From Tubiluchus corallicola (Eukaryota > Animalia > Priapulida): DNA of 64,000 nucleotides. The DNA lies in assembly GCA_030141605.1 (NCBI GenBank), contig JAQGDQ010000042.1, forward strand, positions 744,001 to 808,000. The letters run 5' to 3'. The notes beneath the pieces were generated by a model that had not been told where the DNA came from, ran no database searches, and saw only the letters and a list, made by a program, of their open reading frames with translations. A program made the position numbers and the translations under genes. Below are positions 24,287-35,900 of the stretch, one piece after another (the first letter of the stretch is position 1; every line of letters starts with the position of its first letter).

Positions 24287-27200
24287 ATGGATAACCATAC
24301 ATTGCCTATAAGAGTTACGGAGATATGCCAAGTAAGCAGCGTTCTTTGTTTTCTTACAATGAAAATTTTGGTTATGATTCTAAATTAAATTTATTCTCTC
24401 TTTTAACTGGGCCCTCTCTACCCTTTCTCTTGCACTTCCTTAACACTTTCCAGTATTATACTTTCTTCTTTCCTATTTTATGCAAATTTTGCATCTAGTT
24501 CTTTATTTCATGATTGCAAATGTCATCGTACATTTGAAGAAATTAACATGGCTATATGATATCTATTTGTCTATTCTAAACTGTAAATAACAACATAAAA
24601 TGAAAATCTGAATAATTGGATATCACCTGAATACTTGAATACGAGGATTAAGAGGCCAGCCTACAGTATGCTTGGTTTTCTTAAATTTTCTTAGAGGTGT
24701 TCTCACTGCAAAAAATTGATAAAATTATTATTATTGTATAAAAAGATTTTGTTAATACAGAATTGAAATTTTTCTTACACAGCATTAAACCTGCAAAGCA
24801 TCATGATGGTACAATTACATATGTATTTTTCAACTTGCGTTTTATTTGTTTGTTTTTTACATGATAGTTATACAGGCCGAAAAACTATGTCAGTCCACGG
24901 AAATTGACAGGTATTTTAGAACAAAAATCTTGGTGCCATCTCTACTATAGTAAATCATCGAATCACTATTTATTTCTTGAAAGCAGATTCGAAAGTGAGA
25001 CGCATTGTATGTTAATGAGCACTTAAAAGACAATCTGCCGTAGTTATTTATCATCAGCAGTTGGACAACTTAAGAGTTTGCTTTAGGCATCAGAGTGCAA
25101 GGAACTCAAAAAACAGTTATGTAGCTAATAGCTCTGAACCGCTATTGGCCTCTAGCAGTAAGTAACGTGCCAGGATCACTGTTTTTCTGCAACACATTAT
25201 GTTCTGGACAAAATTTGATTCTTAAAATTTTTTGTAGAAATTTAGATTAAGATTTTTATGAAGATCTACAGATTATATTATTACTAGAGTTTTATTAGAT
25301 TTCGACGTGTTAGTAGGTGTTTGCTGAATTCTATTATTCAGTCACTGTCATAATTTTGCCATTACCCTTTGCATCAATATTTGAAATTTGCAATGTTTAT
25401 CTTTGTACATTTTTGTGTGGGCTCCCTAATAAGGACCACAGTATGAGTTCTGATTCTGTTTTGTATTACATTTGTTATAATTCTTCCACACATGAAAAAA
25501 TTGTTAGAGCATCTTATAAAGCTGTCATTTCTTTTATGAACAAAACAAAAATATGTGGTATCAGTTCAGTTTTTTGTGCAAATTTGCAAATATAAAAAAG
25601 TTTTCCACATATTTGCTAATGTGTGTTTGCTACATAAATTCGTTACATACTGTAAATAGTAGTTTCCGGTGAGTTTAGAGGTATACTGTAAGTTAACGTG
25701 CTTTTCCAAAGTTGATAATCATCCAGTTACTTACCAAATTTAAGATAAAACGAGATTACAGTCTGTTGCCGAAGACCGATATTTTTTGTTTATTTTGGCA
25801 ATGTAAATTTTCCTCTAAATGATATTTATTTTAAATGGCTGTAAACGTGGAAATGTGAATGTTGTCCAGTGTATACAGCTGCAGAATCTTAAACTTCACA
25901 CAAAAATCATTTGCTTGCAAATCTCGGAATTCCTGCTTTCCATTCCATTATGACAGCTCGGCTAAAGCCTAAATGTGACCTTAGGCCTAAGGCTGTTTCG
26001 TTCTCAGGTTCAATTTTAGTTCGTTTAATAATGTGAATATCTAAGATGACTCTGTGAAAGAAAATTTTAATGTTTAAATAATATTCTGTGCTAATTGCTT
26101 AAACAAAATCTATGAACTACTAGTAATTTAAGGGTAAATTAGGCAGTGACTCTTTGCTGTTTAATATTCCGTACGAATCGTTGACACTGAATTTATTAAC
26201 ATTCTTTACACGTTATATATGTAATGAAATAAAGGGCGTGAGGGTGTAGGTTACCTTAACCAGCTATAGGTGGAGAAACACAAACTCAGCATCCACTTAT
26301 ATTATGTACTAGGACACACTGGCCCTTTACTACGTTTTTAAGGGCATGTACACTACAGCACTGCACCATGTTTTCTGAGGGGCCTGTACGGCTCTGTGCT
26401 ATGTTTTTGAGAGGCATGTATATGTTTCCTTTTCAACCTGCCCCACCCAATCCTCTGTCGCACATTTATTTTAAGGATATTATATTTCCGGAATTCTTCC
26501 GGAAATGTGATGTGTAACTTTTGTCTTCCGGTAAGCTGCTTGCACATTTAGATTTGTATATTACACATTATAAAAGTAATTTAGATTTACGTAATTTTTC
26601 TCCGAAAATGATTTACAAAAATAAACGTTTGCGCTGTGTTCATCGATGATGGGGCTGGTAAACATTGAGTTCTAGCTGTAGCACGAATTGTTCCTCATGC
26701 ATCGCTTATTCCCAAACTACTAAATCATTACACAACTGTATAGTGTAACGACCAGCAATACAATAAGACCTCACTTAAAGAGGATAATGTGTTTTAGCGA
26801 AATGCAACGTCGAGTGATTCATTCTTAAATGAAGCCATGTTGCCCCCTAGGAAAAATAACTGTATGGGGATGGGTTCCCGCTGCATCTGTTTGAAAAATC
26901 AATAATGCTTAGTTCACATAAATCAAGCGTCATTATATAAATGAAGTGTTTGTGTTCATACATTATTTAATACGTCCAGCCAGTACCGTGTCAGTACTAG
27001 TACCCAGCCAGACCATGTTCTTGTCTAGAGAAATAAAAATCCTATAGTTAATTTCGTCATGACTAGCGATATCTCCTGATGTTCTTCTTGAATCAGGTAA
27101 AATTATAGCTTTCAGGAAAACATTTTTCTGATAGAGAATTTCACAGATAAGAGGCCTGAGAGAAAACTGGAATTATAAGTACTGTTTTGTATTTATGGAT

Positions 27201-30200
27201 GCTTAGGGTGTAAGACTATGAGAAAACATGAGTACTATGACCAAACTGTTGGCATTTAGGAACCAGTGAGGAGAGGTTCTGAGGCGTCTTCCATAAAAGT
27301 CGCGATAAAAAGGTTTAATATAGCAAGTGGCCTTCAGACCTTGTAGCAACTATTCTGTTTCCCACGAATTGAATACAAATGAATCCCTAGTGAACTCACT
27401 TCCTCAGAAAAGTCTATATGTTATACCGTCGCTAAATAAAGCCATTCAGTTTGAATGCTCTCTTCCTGCTTATGTGACCTGAAATTCGTGGCCAAATGTC
27501 ACGTTAGGAATTTCTTGTGCAATTTCTAAACTAAAAATGTGGATTATTTTCTTGTGTTATCATTCTGGTCTCAAGGAGATATTAGTCCCTACTGTATTAT
27601 ATAATTAGGCAAAATACATGTGGTGGTGGTGGTTTTAGTGCATCGAGAAACATTACTTAATTGTAGGATCTAAAAATTGCTGATAGCTGTAAATGACTTT
27701 AACGCGACAACAAAACTCTTTTTTAATAGTCTTGAAATTAAATACTATATTTTGAATTGTATAGATATTAGTTCGCAGTAGAGGTTTCTCTGTACTCATG
27801 AATTCGTTGGGGATTCTGGAACTTAGGGACTCCAGACTCTTTGTAGTCGTCGGTAAATTCCTCTGAAAGTATGTTTCATTCCTGGTCATACAGGCACTTT
27901 GGAACTACTATAATCTTGTGCCATTTATAACTAAATGTCGCTATACTTTCATACGTGTGTAAAATTTTCAACATTTTGTGAACAAAAATACTTTCAGGAA
28001 AAGTATTCACATTATACACTTTATTTCACATACTATATTGTCTATTAGACTGTGTATATCAGATTTTATTAGATTAGAATATATATAATTCTGTTTGCGC
28101 GCTTTGGTACGTTTTTTTACTAAAATTATGACAGTTCTGAATGGCCTATATTGTACAAATTACCAATTTCCATGAAATCATTATAATTTAGTATCTCGGA
28201 AAATTAATATTGATTTCTATGGGCTAAAAGAAAAGACCGGTCGTATTTTTAGTTTTATAATTAATACCAGTTACAAAAAAGACGCAGCAACTCGTGACCT
28301 GCTTCCGTTCCATGTTCTTTTTAGACGTTAAATTCCTAAAAGAAATGAATCGCGGTTTGTTCACTAGCGAAAATGCTTTAGTGTTTCTTTAGGTCACGTA
28401 CACACTACGTTGAAGAGTAAATTATATGGTAAAAGTGAAACTGAAGTAATTGGAGATAATGACAGTTTGTCAGGCTAGCAATGGCGGTATGCTTGGTACG
28501 TTTCATGACAGTGAAATGAACGTGATATGGTAAAGTACCTGTGGCATTCTATAATAGAGCTGCAGAACTAGAAATTTCTGTCTTTTTCAAAGTTGGTCGA
28601 GATCTGCTGATGTCTGCTGCACCTGACTTGCTATTTGACTTAACATTGAAACTTGCTTGACTAATATATTAGCAGCTGACATTGTAACAATGTATTTGTG
28701 GCGTTGCTGTCGGCTTATACCATCAAATCAAATAGTGAAAACTCTTGAGTGTCAGCTATTCTGTTTATTTTTACTTTACGAGGTGCATCTAGTTACAGCA
28801 TTCCAGGCAAACTAGGAACTGAACTAAGCATGGTAAAGTTATTATGGTAAATAAGTTTGTCTTGTCCTTAAATTTTGTTGCCGGAAAGTTTGTGACACAT
28901 ATTCTTAAAACGGTTGTGTTTCGAATCTGTAGAAAGTTGAAGTCCATGGCCACTCTCATGTTCTATCTCTAGACACGCAAGCTTCAGCCTGACTGGCTTC
29001 AGCAACGTCTGTATAAATAGCTGGCTAGATTAAATTTGTGATAAATATCTTGCGTCATGGCAGCTGACAAAATATGTTGTTTATTTAATATTTACTGGTT
29101 GCGAGTCGGTACAGTACATCTCTGCAAATTTCTTTGTTCTTTTTAAGTTAATTATAATGTGCTACTATCACTTTCTTTTGAATTCATGTACTTTCTAGTG
29201 TTATGTTTGTTTGGTATAATGGTATAATGTTGTGCATGCTGCGGTTGCTTGTCCTTTGTGTCCAATCAAATTCATTAAATCATTTGACATAATAATTATA
29301 ACACTATAGTTACAATATTTATTATTAAGCCATTGCACCTTGTTGTTTGAGCTTAATAAATCAAGCGATACCACAAATACAAATACTTACTTGTAGTGGT
29401 GGTTTAGGATAAGGAATTTAGGCCTAACTATTTGCTATTTGGTGTTAAATTTCTCAGATAACGTCCATGGCATTTGCGAATTAAATAAGTCAAAATGGAC
29501 TCATAGTTTCCTCAGCTTTTAATAGTTCATGTTCTGTGCACTGCGTTGCATTCCATTGCATTAGGCAATAATGTGTCAGTTTTCAGTTCTCCAACCTGTC
29601 AGTTTCATTATGTTTTCGCATTTGAATTAATGGTCCTTGATAAAATTTCTTATGGTGTGGGTGCGCTGGTTAATTCGTTTGTTCTGTGAATTCATCACTG
29701 TGGTTCACGGGGTCGAATTGTCAAATTTCCTGGAGGCGTGTAGATGCGATTAAGATAAGGGCGCCTTACAGAGCGAATGTGAATATTCAAGTCTTAATAA
29801 CATAAATAATGGCAAATCTGAGCACATTATAGCACATTTTTAATTTTCTTTGTTGCATTTTTTAAATATAACAGAAAGCTTTCATGGATTCCTTCAAATT
29901 ATGGTAATCTGAAATTATGAACTGTATATAAAATTACAACTTTAAATTATTTTGATAATTGAAAATCAGGCTTTCACATTGTTGTAAGCACAAATCAATG
30001 ATCTTCTTTTACCATTTTACTTGATGTACCGAATGTAATAATTTATCTTTTATTGCTGTGTGTCAGCTAACAAGTAATTGTACATGGACCATTAGTAGCA
30101 GAAAAAGAAAATTGATGATGGCAGTGGCACTCGATTCCACGTTTAATTAGATTTTTTGCTGCAAATTTATAAAATTGATTTTTTGTCTAGGTAACTTGAC

Positions 30201-32918
30201 TGACATATCAATTTAGGTTATAATACGTGTTAATAACTCAGCACAATACAAATTGCCTGCAGATAGAATTTAACCTTTGTAAGTTTTGTATGTTGTCTGT
30301 TTTGATTCACTGACCACTTAAACTAGAATGCGCTAAGATATGTAGCTCAAAGTTTTTTGGCCTTGTTTAAGTAAACTTATAATTTGAAATCATCTTGACC
30401 TCTATTTATGTTGACCGCGTTTGAGTTATTGATCTTGTGCATACGTAGCTGTAGTTTGTGTCCTAAATGCCGGTATTATGCTTAGAAAATAAGACACGGT
30501 AATGCATTCGCTAAGAAGCACTTTGAAAAATGGGTGTCAAACGGTCAGTTTAAGTGCTCGCCTGACGATGCTATGGCTAGTTATTTAATAGTTTAGCAAA
30601 TGTGTATCACTGGGACTGTGCTGCTACGGTGCTTTTCTTCTCTGTGAGCTATACTTTTTGAGCCGTTTTGCCATATTTGGGGCCTCCCATGCAATTACAG
30701 TATTTCAAAATGGTCATGTTGGTCGAATAAAAAAAAATAAACAAAAAAGTTTGAAGTTTTTGAAGTTTGTCTTTTTAATTGTCAACGTGCTTCTTAGCGA
30801 AGGCATTACCGTGACTTATTTTCTCTGCATACTACGGGCAAACTACAGCTACTTATCTAGGTGTAAATAATATAATTAAAAATAAAAATATTAAACATAG
30901 GCCTATATGTATATGAATTATTTCATTACAATATTGTAACAGTCTCCACCTCATCTACCTGAAAAAAATTGAAGAAGTAGCCATTGCATAACAAGTGACA
31001 GTTTTTTTATACGTATTTCTGCACGACTTAGTGATCATTTCATCATTTCTTCAATTGTTCTGATAAAGCTACACAATTATACTGCACATGGTTTCATAGT
31101 GAAATATTCGAACTTGTTTCTTATTTACAAAACGTGTATCTATTTCCACCAAAATTACCAAATATATTTAGTTCATTTTTACACGCGGACACATGCGTTT
31201 AAATATTATGTAAATACACAAAATTTTCGAAGTTACTAGATGCAAATCATCCATGTAGATTAATCGGTTACGTGCATCCTATATATACTGATCAGCTGTG
31301 ATATCGCTTAGCTCAAAAGTTCCTCCACGATTGGACTTGTTTGTATAAAATTAAGTAAATGTGAGAGAGAGGAGCTCTCGCTCTCTGTGAAGAGCTGTTA
31401 GCTTGGCTGATTAAATATCTGCGCCGCGTAATGAATCCGCTAATATTGGCTTCGTTAATTGCTATTCATAGAGCGTGTAAACATGGTGCACGTCTTGAAC
31501 TCTGGCTGTACTAGGCTTTAATAGTTCTCTGCTTAGTGTGACTAGGTAGGGCATACGAAGAGCATTTGTCATTAATTAACCCCTGACGGAGAGTCATTGT
31601 TACCATCTTAAAGGATTTTGAAACGGGTGTAATAGGTAGCACCTTTTTTCATTTGTTGTTGTGACAATGTTTCTGCAATTATCATTATTATTCATTTTTT
31701 TCGTACTACAACAGATACAGCCATATATACATATACACAAAATGTAACAAGGAATAGTTAGTATAAACACACAAAAAAGAAAGAAGTTAGTATACATATC
31801 ATTATTTTTCACTTATCCTTCACAGATAATCTTATAATAAGCATTAATGACTAATTTTTTAACATTCACATTACCAAATCTTAAAGATAAGCGTTAACCT
31901 AAAGATTTAGAACCCTTACTTTTAATCATAATTTATTCTCATTATTTTAACGCATGATATTGTAACGTGTAATTTTAGTGTGTAATTTACTAATTAAAAT
32001 TGTCGTTTTAAAATTATTTAAAGATAAGCCATACATTCTTCTTAAGTGACAATGACTATCGTTAGTTAAATACAACATTAACTGAATATTATCGATGCTG
32101 GAGTTAAAAAACGATTTATTTACAAACCCTTTTATGTAAAAGAGATTCAAACGATTTTAGAATTTTCCAAATAGTACGATGTTTTTAGCAAGTCTGATTT
32201 ATAATTATTTGTATATAGAGTGTTTTTAGTGTAACAGACAGTTTAAATGTAGTTACATATAAAACCTTTTAAAATGTAACTTTATGTATTTCAATATATC
32301 ACAGTTTAAATTATTTTCTGTAACTCCTAATTTTAATCATAGTTTACTTTTGTAATTTTATTGTATATAAATATGTGTACTTTTAGTATGTGATTATGCT
32401 TGATGCACCTGAAAAATTTTCGAACCGTTAATTTTAATCGTAATTTATTCTCATTACGATATTGTAATGTGGAATTTTAGTGTGTAATTTGCTTATTTAA
32501 AATTGTCACTTTTAATCTTACTAATCGCATGGACCATTATGGAAACGTTGTTTACACGTAATTTTAACGTGTTCTTGCAAAAAATAAATTTCTATCTATC
32601 TATCTATCACAACTAATTCTCAAAATTTGCTTGAGTATATAGTTTGTCTCGATATCACGTTTTATTGCATTTGCTAGTTTCGGTTGTTCCTGGGTCATTG
32701 TTCATTGGGACAGCTATCGTTCGTTGCAGTTGTTGATGTGCATCAAAAGAAAAAAAACTGGAAATTTTTATTGTCACCAACTCAAACAAGTGCCCTGGGC
32801 GATCTAAAGTTAATTAGAAAACATTCTGCCTTGGGCTTTCTAAAATTTTAAAGCAGTTAACAAAACTAGGTTAACACGTAAGTAACGGAAGTTTCTGAGA
32901 CGACTTATTTCACGTTAC

Positions 32919-32976
<58 letters not shown>

Positions 32977-35900
32977 CTCCCCCCCTCTCTCTCTCCTCTC
33001 TCTTTCTCGGGTAGGTAGTGCCCCTGCTGCTTATGTCTATTTCGGCAAAACAAGAAAACTTTTTTTGGGAGCGAAATTTGTATGATTTATAAAAAATGCC
33101 TTTAAAAAACTAGATGACTAACGAAGAACATTTTTGTAACGTTTGGGCACAATTCTAAGAAATATGCGTAGCTATATATCTGAGCACCAGCTCTAATATA
33201 GTTGTGGCTACGTTGATATTCAACAGGAAACCATTGCATTCTAATAACCTTGTAGTAAAAGCGAGCACAAGAGTTGTTCAAACGAATATCCGACCGTTTC
33301 TACTATCTAATATTATTCTAGATCATTTCATAGCTTTTTTCCGAAATTCTTTCTTGTAATTTTGATAATATCAGTGAAGCCGTGGAATGGATAATTATCT
33401 TCCTACCGGGATAATCATTCGATGGCTCGCTGGTAAATACCACTTTAGCTTATCTGTCAACCGTAGAAGACTGTTAGCATGTTGTACGACAAATAATCCT
33501 ATACTGATATCGATCACTGAGTCAGCAAATTATAGAGTGGTAATAGAATCGGTTCCTTGGAAATCGCCGCTTCTTTAAAAGATGTAACTTCAGTCTGAAA
33601 GTAATGTAATTAGTTTTTTACTGGATTATTCATTTAACCTAGTATAAGTTCATGATTTTTTTCCTTTGTCATGCGCCGACACCTTTAGGTTTTAACTTAT
33701 ATGTGCTAAGCTTCAGTGTTATCCCGGCGATAATATTGTATAGTTATGACTACCATGCAGCCTGCCATCATATGAAATCAACGTGATCTTTGATCAAATT
33801 ACCAAGTAGAATTCTATTTAAATCTATGCATATACATATTATATGCAGTATATATATATATATATATATACCATACGTCAAGGTAAAAGAGAAGATTACC
33901 TACCAAACATGAAAAGAGACTATTATTTTATTCTGTCATTGGCTATTCAGTAGAATTTTAATTCGCATGCATCGAAGCTTAAATAGAATCATCGCTAATA
34001 AAAGTAATTATCGTAAGGGTAAGAGTCACGGTTAGCTGTCAAATATGAACGAATAAAGTCAGGTTTATCTCATTCTAGCCTTTAGCTTCAGTATATTGTT
34101 CTTATCATCTAAATTAACATTGATAAATGATTATATTAGTGTAGGATGAATAAATTCTACTGTTTGATAACAATAAGTTAAACCTTGCCTCAGGCGCACG
34201 GATATTGCAATGTCACTATAGTAAAAGTTCAATACTTGCAGCGATTTTTCTCGTTATTTGAACAGTTTAACTTAAAGGAACCTGTAGGACAATTTCCAGT
34301 TTACTACCGAATTTTTATATAAATGTTTATTGTACATGTGGTTTGACGCTGACAGCATTTTAATTCAGACATTTGAGCTGTTTTAATGTACGCGCGTACT
34401 TTACAGACGCGAACGATGCATGGGTGGTAGTATTTGTAAAAACATGTTCACATGTAGGTGTGTTGTGAGAAAGTTTACTAATAAATCCTATTACGTCGCG
34501 CCCTATCTTAAGATGATTGCCTGCGAGCGCCATAAATTTAAATGCCTAATTATTCTAATGCTCAATCGTGGCTGTAGTTATTGCAGTATCAGGTAGGTAG
34601 TCTTTATGAATGAAAGACTGGTGGTTAATTTCCAAGGAGGTGTTACTTTACGTTGTAATGTGGGCCAAAAGACGTTATTTTTGCTTGCATTTGACTTTGC
34701 GACTTACTATTGCATGAAATTTGTCTAATGACCTCGTGAAGGAACAGAACTGACTTTCTGTTTTGTTAGAAGAGGAGACAAATTAGCTAAAGCCGTATCG
34801 TAAAGGTAGATAAGAAGGTTATGTGCACTATGTGCGAATCTGTGCCAAGAAACCTGTAATATTTAATGCTGTAATTAAATAATTAATGCTTTGTACTTAC
34901 GTATCTACAAATGGATATTTTACATGTAGTAAACGACACATAGACAGCATTGCAATCTGTGGTTTGGTTTAGTTGGTAATATTAGTTAATAAATGGCATT
35001 CTATATAATCGTGTGTATGTAGCATAATGCGTATATATACAATCAGCTTTTGTATCTAACTAGTTCGAAATTCTGAGGAAAATACGAACCGCAAGCAATA
35101 AGCTAGTAACATAATCATCAGTTCCTTGTATTTGTATTTGTGAAGCAAATAATTTCTGCTACTTTGCTGAACTGATTTGTGCTGGGGGGAGGCTAATTAA
35201 TTTGTCAGTCTGAAAAAATCGATAGGTGGATATATGTTCCTTCTATTTGTGAAATGCCCATTCACATGTATGCCCATATTCATCTATAGCTCTGTGAGTT
35301 GCAATAGTTCTATCTTAACAAATACATAGTTATTCACGAAGTATTTTAGTGGGCACATTATATAAATGTATAACAGCCACTTGCACCACTTCAAGCAAAA
35401 CTTCTACCCCCGCTGTTGGAACATGTGTAGGGCGTTTACTCGCATCTGTCTGTGTATTCAAATGTAATTATATAATAAATAACGTAATCCCTTTATAGTC
35501 TCGATGATTACGTATTTTTATTTCAGAATCATTCACCTTGGCGGCCCTCATCAGCTCAAAAAATTACAGATAAATTGTTCAGATGAGGGCCGCTGGGCTG
35601 AAAATTTCGGAAATAAAAATATATAATCATTGAGACTATAAGGGGCATTACGTTTTTTATGCTAAAGATGACAAGTCTCAGGCGAGCTCTCGCTCAAATA
35701 TTTTAAGTCCTATGAATTAATAAATATATTATTTGAAACACTAGTAGCGGGATAGGTGGCTCCGACTGCCATTACTAAAGTGAAATGATTTAGCTGTTAC
35801 TAGGTTTGTCATGTTGTTCAGTAGCTCACATGGTAGAGCGTGTGAAATGTAATCACAAGTTCTGACGTCAAATCCTAGGTGATCCACAATTTTTCAACGC

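Noticed and set aside
29010-29110. Alternative promoter or first exon in the 12-kb clathrin-like intron (TATAAATAG, CAGCTG, ATG, GT)
   Set aside because: The donor phase is incompatible with exon 2, and such short motifs are expected by chance in AT-rich DNA.
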